Shown here one piece after another: positions 30,697 through 39,820 of a stretch of DNA of 64,000 bases. The stretch is from an uncultured Fibrobacterota bacterium. GTDB taxonomy: Bacteria > Fibrobacterota > Chitinivibrionia > Chitinivibrionales > FEN-1185. The notes under the pieces were generated by a model. The model did not search any database. It was not told where the DNA came from and saw only the letters and a list, made by a program, of their open reading frames with translations. Position 1 is the stretch's first letter; every line of letters begins with the position of its first letter. The stretch lies in the NCBI GenBank assembly GCA_963729895.1, contig CAVSQB010000003.1:128001-192000 (forward strand), read 5' to 3'. The translations under genes and the position numbers were made by a program.

Positions 30697-31778
30697 AGGT
30701 GCTCCTGTTGCGCGCCAACCCGAGAAAGAACGGCTTTACCCGGCGCCTGACCGATCTGTTTGTCAAGGGCATTCGCGACGCGGGAGCCCCGCTCGTGGAA
30801 CGGGACCTGGCGTCGCTTACCATCAAGCAATGCACGGGGTGCTACAGCTGCTGGGTCACGTCGCCGGGCAGGTGCATCCTCCGGGACGACATGCCGACTA
30901 TTCTGCAGGACATTCTCGATGCGGATATCATCGTGTGCTCCACGCCGCTCAACGCATTTTCGGTAAGCAGCCTTCTCAAGAATGTTTTCGACCGGACCCT
31001 GCCGCTTACGCAGTCGCGCTTCGAGCAGTCACCGGCGGGCACGGTGCGCAACTCGCTCCGGTTCCCGGAACGATGGCCCAAGAAGATTGCGGCCATCGTG
31101 GTGGGGGCGTTCAAAGGCGAGGAAAATTTCTCCGCCGTGCGAAGCATGCTGATGCTCTATGCCAACGCCATGTCCATGGAGTATTGCGGCGAACTTATCA
31201 GGCCGGAGTCCTACCTGCTCCAGTTTACGCTTGCCAAACCGCTTACCGTCAAGTCGATAGAAGCGGCATTTGTGAAGGCGGGATACGAACTGGCCTCTGC
31301 AGGCCGGATTACTTCGGAGACGCAGCGGAAGGCGGCGGTCCCGCTTTCGCCGGACCTGAATTATTTCAAGAAATACTCCAACATTTACTGGGAGCATGCG
31401 GTTGCGCTGGGAGAACAATCCCGCGACCTTGACCTCCTGAGCAAAAACGTGATGTCCGACGTACGCATCCTCATGCAGGAGATGGCGCGCAGCGTTGACC
31501 CCCTGGCAACCGCCCACCTCGCGGCCTCGTTCCAATTCGATTTTCCCGACAAGCAGTACGCGTTCACCCTTGCCGTCGATCACGGCGCGTGCACATGTAC
31601 AGAGGGCAAGGCCGATAAGCCCAACCTGACGGTGACGGTTTCCACCGACGTGTGGGCAAAGGTGTTCATGCGTCAGATTAACGTGCGGGACGCGCTCATG
31701 AGCAAACAGATTGTGCTGGAGGGGGACAAGTTCCTGTTTTCGAGGCTCGACAGGTATTTTCCGCCCCCGGTGATGTGA
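30693..31778 (+). CDS. Iron-sulfur flavoprotein (flavodoxin-like) fused to SCP2 lipid-binding domain
   Basis: NPRKNGFT, CTGCYSCW..GRC..RDD, STP; C-terminal FQFDF..PNLTVTVS..DALMSKQIVLEGD; ATGA overlap with dehydratase. Confidence 0.82.
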   Translation: MKVLLLRANPRKNGFTRRLTDLFVKGIRDAGAPLVERDLASLTIKQCTGCYSCWVTSPGRCILRDDMPTILQDILDADIIVCSTPLNAFSVSSLLKNVFDRTLPLTQSRFEQSPAGTVRNSLRFPERWPKKIAAIVVGAFKGEENFSAVRSMLMLYANAMSMEYCGELIRPESYLLQFTLAKPLTVKSIEAAFVKAGYELASAGRITSETQRKAAVPLSPDLNYFKKYSNIYWEHAVALGEQSRDLDLLSKNVMSDVRILMQEMARSVDPLATAHLAASFQFDFPDKQYAFTLAVDHGACTCTEGKADKPNLTVTVSTDVWAKVFMRQINVRDALMSKQIVLEGDKFLFSRLDRYFPPPVM

Positions 31779-31818
31779 GAGGCCGCAGCGATCCATTGAT
31801 GAAGAAGATCTCCGGCGG

Positions 31819-32183
31819 TTACTCTTTCTGCGGTTTTCTCGTATGATACCCTTTTTCCCCATACGGCCCGAGTCTGTCGAGCCATAATTCTTCCAGCGTT
31901 TTCAAATCGCCGTCGCAGTCCCACAGCGGATCGTCCTTGGGTTCCAGACGGTCCAGAATTTCAAACGAAAACCCGGCCTCGCCGAGCTGCGAATAATCTT
32001 GTTGCAGTTCCCGGTTCATGTGGCTGCCGTTTGCAAGCTGGAATTTGCAGCTGTTAAGTCTGCCGGGCAGGTTCTGTGCGGCCCCGATGAAGATTTTCCC
32101 GTTCGACAGGTTCTTGATCTGGTAAATTCCCATGGGCAGAGGGGTTTGTTGTATGTGCGGATGAGGTCTTTTCGGGAGTCCAT
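31819..32183 (-). pseudogene. Small GIY-YIG domain protein with a 1-nt frameshift near 32148
   Basis: ATG at 32183 overlaps fabD stop (TAATG) and reads MDSRKDLIRTY; adding one A restores KQTPLPMGIYQIKNLSNGKIFIG. Confidence 0.7.
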
Positions 32184-33124
32184 TAATGACCCACTCCCAG
32201 TTCCCGCACCGCCCGATCGAGCCCGGTAAGATTATTGACATTATAGACCGTTGTGGTCTTGGGGAACCCGTTTACCCGGATGAGGCCGGACAGGATCCGC
32301 TGCGGCCCGATCTCCAGGAAGGTATCCGCGCGCATTGTCCGAAGCGTTTCCATGCATGCGCGCCAGCACACGGGCTTTACAAGTTGCTGGGTAACAAGGT
32401 CTTTGATCTCGGCGGGATCGGCCTCGAATTCGCCCGTGGAATTGAGCAGCAAAGGAATTCCCGGTTCGTGAAACGTTATCGACCCGACCCAAGATCGGAA
32501 TCTGGCCATGGCGTCTTCCATGTACGGGCTGTGCCACGGGCCGGACACGAGCACCGACTTTGTTTTGCCGATGCCCTGCTCGCCCAGCCGCCGCGAGAAC
32601 TCGGCCATGGCCGCAAGGTCGCCCGACACCACGATCTGGTTGGGTGCATTGTCGTTGGCGAGAACGATATCGCGCGGCCGGTCCATGGCGGCGAGCAGCT
32701 CTTTTACTTTGTCAAGAGGGGTAAACAGGACCGCGGTCATGCCGCCGTTGCAGCGCGACGCCGCCTCGTCCATGAACTCCCCGCGCTTGGCGGCCATGGT
32801 GACGGCCTCCTCGGCCGTCACCACACCGGATGCCGCAAGCGACGTTATCTCGCCGAGCGAATGGCCGAGCACGGCTTCGGGGACAATGCCCCGCTCGCGG
32901 ACGAGGCGCAGATACCCGAGCGAAACGGCCGCCAGAAGCGGTTGAAGAAACTGCGCCTTTCGCAGCTTCTTTTCCGGACCGCGCAGGCACAGTTTTTTGA
33001 GGTCTTCGTGGGTGAGATCGCTTCCCATCGCGACAAGCGAACAAAGGAAGGGGTCGCCCTTGAAAAGGTCGTGACCCATGCCGATTTCCTGCGACCCCTG
33101 TCCTGGAAAGAGAAATACGATCAT
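32183..33124 (-). CDS. fabD: Malonyl-CoA:ACP transacylase
   Basis: FLFPGQGSQ, GHSLGE, N...QIVVSG, SGPWHS, EIGP; start ATG 33124. Confidence 0.92.
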   Translation of the reverse strand: MIVFLFPGQGSQEIGMGHDLFKGDPFLCSLVAMGSDLTHEDLKKLCLRGPEKKLRKAQFLQPLLAAVSLGYLRLVRERGIVPEAVLGHSLGEITSLAASGVVTAEEAVTMAAKRGEFMDEAASRCNGGMTAVLFTPLDKVKELLAAMDRPRDIVLANDNAPNQIVVSGDLAAMAEFSRRLGEQGIGKTKSVLVSGPWHSPYMEDAMARFRSWVGSITFHEPGIPLLLNSTGEFEADPAEIKDLVTQQLVKPVCWRACMETLRTMRADTFLEIGPQRILSGLIRVNGFPKTTTVYNVNNLTGLDRAVRELGVGH

Positions 33125-33131
33125 GAGAGGG

Positions 33132-33866
33132 TCATGCCACGGTTGAGGTGAGGCCGCCGTCAACAACGAGCGCCTGGCCTGTGATGTACGACGACTCGTC
33201 GGACGAGAGGAACGCCACCGCCGCCGCAACCTCCCGGGGCGTGCCGAAGCGTTTGACAAGGATGCGGGCAAGGTTCTGCTGTTTTATCTGACGCGGCATC
33301 TTTGCGGTCATGTCGGTTTCCACGAACCCGGGCACCACCGCGTTGACGCGGATGCCCCTCGGCCCGAGCTCGGCCGCGAGCGAACGGGTGAAGGCGAGAA
33401 TGGCTCCCTTGGACGCGGCGTAATTGGTCTGACCGCCGATGCCCACCATGCCCGACACCGAAGCGATGTTCACGATTGCGCCCTTTTGCGCGGACATCAT
33501 GGGCCGCGTCACAGCCTTTGCAAACCGGAAAGCGCCGTTGAGGTTGATGTCAAGCACCCTGTTCCATTCGTCAAACGGCATCATCATGAGATAGCCGTCG
33601 GCGGTGACGCCGGCGTTGTTCACCAGAATGTCGATGCGGCCCTCGCCCTTTACGATGTCGCTCACGGTCCGCTCGACGGCCTCGCCGTCTTCCTGCGGAC
33701 ACAGCACTTTGTGAGCGCCGGTTTTCCGGGCCGTTTCGGCGGCCGCGTCCTCGCGACGATGATAGGTGAAATACACCGCGGCGTTCCGCGCCCGGAATTC
33801 TTCGACGATGGCGCCGCCGATACCGCGCGAGCCGCCGGTGACCAGCGCTACCTTGTTGGAAAACAT
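33132..33866 (-). CDS. fabG: 3-oxoacyl-ACP reductase
   Basis: [25 protein letters not shown]. Confidence 0.92.
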   Translation of the reverse strand: MFSNKVALVTGGSRGIGGAIVEEFRARNAAVYFTYHRREDAAAETARKTGAHKVLCPQEDGEAVERTVSDIVKGEGRIDILVNNAGVTADGYLMMMPFDEWNRVLDINLNGAFRFAKAVTRPMMSAQKGAIVNIASVSGMVGIGGQTNYAASKGAILAFTRSLAAELGPRGIRVNAVVPGFVETDMTAKMPRQIKQQNLARILVKRFGTPREVAAAVAFLSSDESSYITGQALVVDGGLTSTVA

Positions 33867-33995
33867 GATTGCCTTGTGCGTTATGGGGACGGGGCGATTA
33901 CAGGGATATAAAATAGTAATTGCAGAGGAAAAGGCGATTACCTAAGTCAGAATAGATTTGGGAATTTGTTGTTACCGGGTGTTTCCAGGGGTGCG

Positions 33996-34070
33996 CATCT
34001 GGATGGCTGAGCCGGGTGACCCCAAAGTGGAAGTTTGGGCGAGAATCCAATCACCTGCTGTGGGGCACCC
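33996..34070. repeat. Intergenic repeat family 2, second copy (remainder at 34392-34414)
   Basis: Matches reverse complement of 26335-26407. Confidence 0.7.
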
Positions 34071-34190
34071 ATGAGGTGCAGTTGTGAAGACCGAGGAAAG
34101 GATTCCAGTTTGCGCATTGACAAGCAAACGCGTTTTCATGCATTTGCATCTTGCGTGGCGGAACCTGACACTTGTGGCAACTATCTTTTG

Positions 34191-34356
34191 TCCAGCGCCA
34201 GGCCGGACCGCCGGGCGCGCAAGTGCGCGGTGCCGGCCGAACCGGCCGAAGGCATAGGGCGGCCCGGCACAGAGGCCATAGGCCGAGCCCAGAGGGAGAG
34301 CCGCCGCCCCGGCAGAGACGTGGCGCTACGTCTCTGCCGGAGCGGGGCGCCCATAT
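34191..34356 (-). repeat. Structured intergenic repeat family 1, copy D
   Basis: Minus strand TGGGCGCCCC[~38-nt hairpin]GGCGGCTCTCC..GGCCTATGGCC..GTGCCGG..TATGCCTTCGGCC..CCGGCACC..GGTCCGGCCTGGCGC. Confidence 0.8.
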
Positions 34357-34425
34357 CCTTATCTCGATATTGCAACGGGTACATCCACGCTGCACCCGCT
34401 CAGCAATCCAAAATTATTTCTATTA

Positions 34426-35326
34426 GGTAATTATAAAGGATCTTGCACCAAATTAGTGATCATTTTGACAAGTTTTTCAAAGAAATTTTCATGACGATGA
34501 TTGTACCGAAAAGCCATTTCGTTCAGATACCCTGGAAAGTATTCTTTGGAGACTCCATGGAACTTTGCAAGACGTTCCTTAGCATAGCTCCAGAAGCCTT
34601 CCAAACCGTTAATATAAACTTTGCCTGTGGCAAATCTTTTCCCATGGTCGACTCTCAAATGCCGATAACCGCAGAACATCAGGGCGTCATAGCCGCGGAA
34701 TTTGTCAGTGTAAATGATGGAGCCTCGTCTGACCATTTTCACAGTCTCAGTCAACAGGCTTTCGGCAGTGACGTTTTTTACTACTGTCACCTTCACTTTT
34801 CCGTGTCTCTCCAGGATACCAAAGACGGGAACCTTTCCGGCAGCACCCCGGCCACGTTTACCTTTACGCCTGCCGCCGAAGTAGGATTCATCGAGCTCAA
34901 CCTCTCCAGAGAGCCAGAAATCGCTTTCAGCGACCATCAAGGCCCTTCGGATGAGATTACACATCCGCAAGACCGTGGGATAGCTCAAACCGATCTGAGT
35001 TGCTATCCTGCGTGCTGAGACTTCCAGTTCAAAGAGCTTAATGATCCACAGCAGCTTTTTCAGAGGGACGCGGCACTGACCAATCCACCGATTCGAGAAG
35101 TCATGAAAGGTATTTCCGCATCGTTTGCACCTGAACTTTTTACCTTTTAAACGATAGATTTTATGGCTGTTACAATTGATGCAGAAAACATGGCCATTTT
35201 TCCAACAGAACTTTCTGAGGAACAATTTTGCCCTGTTTTCAGTTTTCCCTATGAATTCAAAGGTTTCTAATTGACTAAAGCCCATATGCACAAGATAATT
35301 CCTGTGCAAGATGTTTTATAATCACC
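34426..35326 (-). mobile_element. Complete IS1595-family insertion sequence (901 bp)
   Basis: 23-bp IRs GGTAATTATAAAGGATCTTGCAC / GGTGATTATAAAACATCTTGCAC (3 mismatches); 8-bp TSD TTCTATTA at 34418-34425 and 35327-35334. Confidence 0.92.
34431..35285 (-). CDS. IS1595-family transposase
   Basis: Zn-ribbon CINC..CKRC, HTH, VELDESYFGG, IYTD, INGLEGFWS, YLNE..FRYN. Confidence 0.93.
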   Translation of the reverse strand: MGFSQLETFEFIGKTENRAKLFLRKFCWKNGHVFCINCNSHKIYRLKGKKFRCKRCGNTFHDFSNRWIGQCRVPLKKLLWIIKLFELEVSARRIATQIGLSYPTVLRMCNLIRRALMVAESDFWLSGEVELDESYFGGRRKGKRGRGAAGKVPVFGILERHGKVKVTVVKNVTAESLLTETVKMVRRGSIIYTDKFRGYDALMFCGYRHLRVDHGKRFATGKVYINGLEGFWSYAKERLAKFHGVSKEYFPGYLNEMAFRYNHRHENFFEKLVKMITNLVQDPL

Positions 35327-35342
35327 TTCTATTATTATAGTC

Positions 35343-35915
35343 TCAGCCAACAAACGAACCAAGCCCCTGCAACCTCGGCAGGTTCTTCTTGAGGTCCAGC
35401 TCCAGCAGGAAGACCGTTTCGTTATTGTGGACCAGTTCGCCCACTACCTCCAATCCGATCATCTGATACGGCCGGACCCTTCTCTGTGAACAGGTTCCGT
35501 ACACTCGTGCAACATTTTTGGCGATCAATTTCTCCAGAAAAAACCCGGTAAAGAGCTTGAGCATGGGCGTGCCGTTCCCCAGGTCGAGCAGGCAGAACAT
35601 CTGTACTATTTCGCAAATATCTTTATTCGATTTATCAATTTTAAACCCTTCCAGCTCGAGTTGCAGGGCGTGATCCAACCCGAAATTGAGGGCAGCGCCG
35701 GCAACGATCCGCCCGCCCACTTTTGCAAGGTAGATTTCCTGGAACTCGTAGGGGATTACGGCGGCAATACGTTTTGCCTTGTGATTGAATTTCCAGATAT
35801 GATCGAGGTTGGGGCTGCCGCCGAACGCGCGGTAAAAGGCCCGTTCGTATGCGACAAGCTCGCTTTCGTTGGCGGAATCCAGGACGGCAAAAATGAAACT
35901 TCCCTTGTTCTCCAA
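35343..35915 (-). CDS. Putative GNAT-fold acyltransferase (FeeM/N-acyl amino acid synthase- or AHL-synthase-like)
   Basis: GAGG RBS + TTG; YERAFYRAF, IYLAKVGGRIVAG, ICEIVQM, RRVRPYQMIGLEVVG pattern; fold call by eye only. Confidence 0.5.
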   Translation of the reverse strand: MENKGSFIFAVLDSANESELVAYERAFYRAFGGSPNLDHIWKFNHKAKRIAAVIPYEFQEIYLAKVGGRIVAGAALNFGLDHALQLELEGFKIDKSNKDICEIVQMFCLLDLGNGTPMLKLFTGFFLEKLIAKNVARVYGTCSQRRVRPYQMIGLEVVGELVHNNETVFLLELDLKKNLPRLQGLGSFVG

Positions 35916-36079
35916 GAATGTCCTCGATTATGAAATTCGATATTCTTTTCACCACTTCTTACCCGCCCTCTCGCAGATCTCCCGGAGCGGACTTGAAGGC
36001 GTCAGCTTTGTTACAGAAATATTTCCAATAAGCCCCCTTCGGGGATCTGCGAGGGGGCTTGGACAAATGAAAACGGTTC

Positions 36080-37189
36080 TTACAATTCGTCCAGCTTCAC
36101 CGTAAGGCTTTTGGGCATGATGGGAGGCATGGAGATGGTGTGGACAACAGGCCCTTGTTGCGAACCGAGATTGAACGAAAGGCCTGCAAATGCGATATCT
36201 ACCGGAAACAAGGCAAGGCCTACCTGCGTCTCCAATGAATAGGAGTAGCACGACGCCACGACCTCGGCAACCCTGGCCGGCCCGTTATAAAGAGGCGTGT
36301 CTTTGGGAAGCGCCTGGACCCCGGACTCGGTGCAGATGCCGATGATTTTTTTAGTGAGGCCCGCGGCCCGGCGCGCCGCAATGGCTTTTTGGCCGGTGAA
36401 GTTCTCTTTGCTGAAATCAATCATCCACTGGAGGCCGAGCGCGAGCGGATCGCGCACGAGCGCACCTTCGGCGAAAATGTTGAAAAAACGGCCTTCGAGC
36501 CGCAGGTCATTGTGAATGTCAACTCCGCACAGCCCTCCGCCGTTCTTCTCGGCAGCGGCCAGACAGGCATCGAACAGCGAGGCCGCGCGTGCGGCAGGCG
36601 CCATGAGGAGGTAGCCGAATTCGGAGGTCTTGCCCGCCCTGAACAGCGACACCGGCTCCCCCTGGAAATCGTACCGCTCCACCGAAAGATACGGAAGCCC
36701 CAGTACGTCCGCCCCGAACAGTTGCTTGACCACGGCCCAAGCCTTGTACCCGTCGATTCCGAGAAGGGCGTGACTTTCCGACAGGTCAACCATGCCCGCG
36801 CCTGCCGCGCCGCGGTCCAGAAGCATGGTCCGAAACGCAGCATCGTCCAGGATGCTTTCGCAGAGGAGGACAAACTGCTCGTCGTTGTTGGCCACGTAGC
36901 AATCCGCGATCACGGCCCCGCCCTCATCGGCGATAAAGGTGTGCAGCAGGCGACCGAACCGCACTCGCGCCACGTTGCCGGCGCAGAGAGAATCCAGAAA
37001 ATCGAGGCCCTTATCTTCCGGAAAGCTGAACCGCTGCATAAACGAGGCGTCTGTGAGCGCAACCGAATCGCGCACCAGATGGTACTCGGTTGAGCGATCG
37101 GCAACCCTGGTAACGACTTCAGCGCCGAACCTCTCGCCAGAGACGGCGTTCTTCTTTGCAAAGCAATCATGGAATTGCGAAGCTCTCAT
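36080..37189 (-). CDS. GcvT-like aminomethyltransferase-family (folate-binding) protein
   Basis: EYHLVRDSVALTDAS, GAVIAD, RAGKTSEFGY, LRLEG, C-terminal SCYSYSL..VGLA; ATGA overlap with ACP. Confidence 0.85.
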   Translation of the reverse strand: MRASQFHDCFAKKNAVSGERFGAEVVTRVADRSTEYHLVRDSVALTDASFMQRFSFPEDKGLDFLDSLCAGNVARVRFGRLLHTFIADEGGAVIADCYVANNDEQFVLLCESILDDAAFRTMLLDRGAAGAGMVDLSESHALLGIDGYKAWAVVKQLFGADVLGLPYLSVERYDFQGEPVSLFRAGKTSEFGYLLMAPAARAASLFDACLAAAEKNGGGLCGVDIHNDLRLEGRFFNIFAEGALVRDPLALGLQWMIDFSKENFTGQKAIAARRAAGLTKKIIGICTESGVQALPKDTPLYNGPARVAEVVASCYSYSLETQVGLALFPVDIAFAGLSFNLGSQQGPVVHTISMPPIMPKSLTVKLDEL

Positions 37190-37482
37190 TGCTGCGCCCC
37201 TTTTTCAGCCTTTTGGGCGAGTACGAAATCGACCACGGTGTTGATGGACCGCAACACGGAGATGTTTTCGTCCGGGATCTTGATACCGAACGAATTCTCG
37301 ATGCATAATACGATTTCCAGGGCATCGAGGGAGTCGAGGCCGAGGCCGGCGCCGAGCAGCGCTACGTCCTCGTGGAGGTCCTGCGGCGTGTAGGGAAGGT
37401 TCAGGCGGCGGATGAGCTCCTTCTTGAAGGTATCAATCACCTCGCGGCGCTTTTCGATAACCGCCTGCATTGTATCAGCCAT
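37186..37482 (-). CDS. Acyl carrier protein
   Basis: GLGLDSLDALEI phosphopantetheine motif; IENSFGIKI. Confidence 0.93.
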   Translation of the reverse strand: MADTMQAVIEKRREVIDTFKKELIRRLNLPYTPQDLHEDVALLGAGLGLDSLDALEIVLCIENSFGIKIPDENISVLRSINTVVDFVLAQKAEKGAQQ

Positions 37483-39820
37483 GGGAACGTTCTTTCGGAT
37501 CGCCTTTTTGGATGACCGTTGCGCAATTTACCCCGTGGGGGGAGCTGAAAACTACGAGAATATACTTTTTGCCTCCCCATGTTTCCAACGAAGAGTTCAG
37601 CAACCCGAACGAGAGCGTGAACAGGGGGCCGGTGGCTTCCGCGAAGCCTATCCTCGAAGAAAGGTCGATGGTAAACCCGTCCCGTTTCCCTACCGCCGCA
37701 TCCACAGCCCCCGCTTCCCGCGCGCTGGCCGCGTTGCGGCACACCAGGCCTACGTCTCCGGCGCCGATTTCCGCCTGGTCAAGCGCAGACCGGATGGTGT
37801 GCTCAAGGGACCGCTCATCCGCATCGGGAAGGATGCAATCGCCGGTGTCGGTGGAATACGCGCTGGAGCACACCGTACCCAGCACCGTTGCGCCCCGGAT
37901 CGCGGCATTCGCTTCGGTTTCGAGCATCATCGCACATGCGCCCTCCGCACACGGCGTTGCGCCTGCGGCCATGAAACCCGCCGAATGCAGGTCCAGCAGA
38001 ATCCTGTTGGATAGTTCGTCCACGCTGACACTCACCAATGCCTGTGCATGGCCGTTCTTGAGCGCGCAACAGGCAAACCCGAGCCCCATGAGGCCGGCGC
38101 CCGGACCAAAACTGAAAGTTGTGTTATGCCCGGTGAGACGCAACGCCTTGCATACGTTGCCTGCAACGGAGTTCGGGACAATATAGGGAAAAGCAGCAAC
38201 CCGGTCGATGCGAAAATTGGCGCGCAAGAGCGAACAAATGTGCTCGTCCTCCGCCCACGAAGGGCCGGCCGAAAGGTTCAGAAACAATCCTGCGTCGCAC
38301 CGCGCGCCGTGGCTCTTTTCGCCGTAAGCATGCGCGAGCGCGAGCCGCGCGGCCGCCAAAGCGAAGACGCTCGATGCGTCCATGTTGCGGATGTCAATAC
38401 GGCGGTCGATGGATGCCATGTCGAAGGCGGGCACCATGCCCGCTCGAACCCGCAATGCGGGCCCGAGCGCAACCTCGCGCATCAGGTCTTTAGCGCAGGA
38501 TGCGGCCTCGCACAGCCGGTCTGCGCCCAGTCCGGCCGGCGACACGAGGCCGACGCCGGTAATGACGATGCGCCCGTTTGAGCCTGTTTCCGGCGGCGAA
38601 TACGAGGGGTCAGGCGAAACCCGCGCCACGATGCTCGCATTGTTGCCGCCGAACGCAAAATTGTTCTTGAGCATTGGCCCACTGCGGCCTGCGAGACGGC
38701 CAGCCTCCGGGACGTAGTCGAGGACGCATCCGTCGCGGCGCTCCGTAAAATGCGCGGTGGGCGGCACAAAACCCTTTTTCAGGCTCAGGATGCTTCCTAC
38801 GATTTCGAGCGCGCCCGCCGCCCCCAGGCAATGGCCGATAATCGACTTTATTGAGCTTACCGGCAGCGCCGAAGCGTGGTGGCCGAACACCTTCCGGATG
38901 GCCTTGGTCTCGGCCTTGTCGTTGGCTTCGGTGCCCGTGCCGTGGGCATTGACATAACAAATTGACGAAGGCGACAAGCCGGCGTCGAACAGGGCGCGTT
39001 CCATCGCCAGCGCCTGTCCCGCTCCCGAAGGGTCCGGCGCGGTGCAATGGTACGCGTCGTTGCTGAGCCCGAATCCCATGATTTCGGCGTGAACCGTTGC
39101 GCGGCGCAACTCGGCGTGCGGCATGCTCTCCAGGACGCAGAACGCCGCACCCTCGCCCAGGTTGAGACCCACGGGCCTGGAAAACGGCGCGCAGGTTCCT
39201 TCGCAGGTCGCCTTGAGGCCGTCGAACCCGGCAAGCGTCGTTTCGCTGAACGTGTCGCTGCCGCCCGCGAGCGCCACGTCGACAATGCCGAGCCGGATGA
39301 GGTCCGCGGCGAAACCGATTGCCGCAGCGCTCGCCGAGCATGCGGTGACCACCGTGGCGCTCGGACCGCAAATGCCGAACAGGAACGCGAGCGCCTTTGC
39401 CCCGCAGTAGTAGCGATTGGCGAACAATTCCTCTTTGGTGAGCGACGAGTCGCCCGAAAGGATTCTTGCGTAGCGAGCTTCTATGGTTTGCATGGGACCG
39501 CTGCACGTGGCAAACACAAGTCCCATCCTGTGCGAAAGTTCTTTGGGCGCGATGCCGGCGCCGCCGATGGCCTGGCCTGCCGCGGCGGCCGACAAATGGA
39601 CAAAACGGTCGAGCGAGCGCACGAAGGGGTCGGACACGAATTCTCGTTCGTCAAAGTCCCGGATGATGCCCGCGTGCGTTGCGCGAAAGTGGGCAAGATG
39701 CGGCCGGCCGATGGGCGAAAACGAGGGCGTCCCGTGTACCACGGATTCGCCGAACGTGTCGCAGGACGCGCCCGCGCTGCACACCGCGCCCATGCCGGTT
39801 ACAACAACCCGCTGCCTCAC
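37475..39820 (-). CDS. Ketosynthase didomain: active FabF-like KS fused to Cys-less CLF-like KS
   Basis: KS1 TACSAS / NAHGTGT / GHCLGA / NFAFGG; KS2 GRIVITGVG..FGPGAGL lacks the catalytic triad. Confidence 0.9.
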   Translation of the reverse strand: MRQRVVVTGMGAVCSAGASCDTFGESVVHGTPSFSPIGRPHLAHFRATHAGIIRDFDEREFVSDPFVRSLDRFVHLSAAAAGQAIGGAGIAPKELSHRMGLVFATCSGPMQTIEARYARILSGDSSLTKEELFANRYYCGAKALAFLFGICGPSATVVTACSASAAAIGFAADLIRLGIVDVALAGGSDTFSETTLAGFDGLKATCEGTCAPFSRPVGLNLGEGAAFCVLESMPHAELRRATVHAEIMGFGLSNDAYHCTAPDPSGAGQALAMERALFDAGLSPSSICYVNAHGTGTEANDKAETKAIRKVFGHHASALPVSSIKSIIGHCLGAAGALEIVGSILSLKKGFVPPTAHFTERRDGCVLDYVPEAGRLAGRSGPMLKNNFAFGGNNASIVARVSPDPSYSPPETGSNGRIVITGVGLVSPAGLGADRLCEAASCAKDLMREVALGPALRVRAGMVPAFDMASIDRRIDIRNMDASSVFALAAARLALAHAYGEKSHGARCDAGLFLNLSAGPSWAEDEHICSLLRANFRIDRVAAFPYIVPNSVAGNVCKALRLTGHNTTFSFGPGAGLMGLGFACCALKNGHAQALVSVSVDELSNRILLDLHSAGFMAAGATPCAEGACAMMLETEANAAIRGATVLGTVCSSAYSTDTGDCILPDADERSLEHTIRSALDQAEIGAGDVGLVCRNAASAREAGAVDAAVGKRDGFTIDLSSRIGFAEATGPLFTLSFGLLNSSLETWGGKKYILVVFSSPHGVNCATVIQKGDPKERSHG

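Noticed and set aside
1436..34356. Repeats as a CRISPR array or attC integron cassette sites
   Set aside because: Copies are kilobases apart, diverged and follow housekeeping genes; no spacer periodicity, cas genes, integron integrase or clear RYYYAAC/GTTRRRY ends.
35965..36062. Imperfect inverted repeats between the GcvT-like and GNAT-like genes
   Set aside because: Could be a terminator or another small repeat, but there is no clear U-tract or second full copy to support a call.
36080..37189. Calling this canonical gcvT or ygfZ
   Set aside because: No gcvH/gcvP nearby, diverged motifs, and no YgfZ KGCxxGQE signature.
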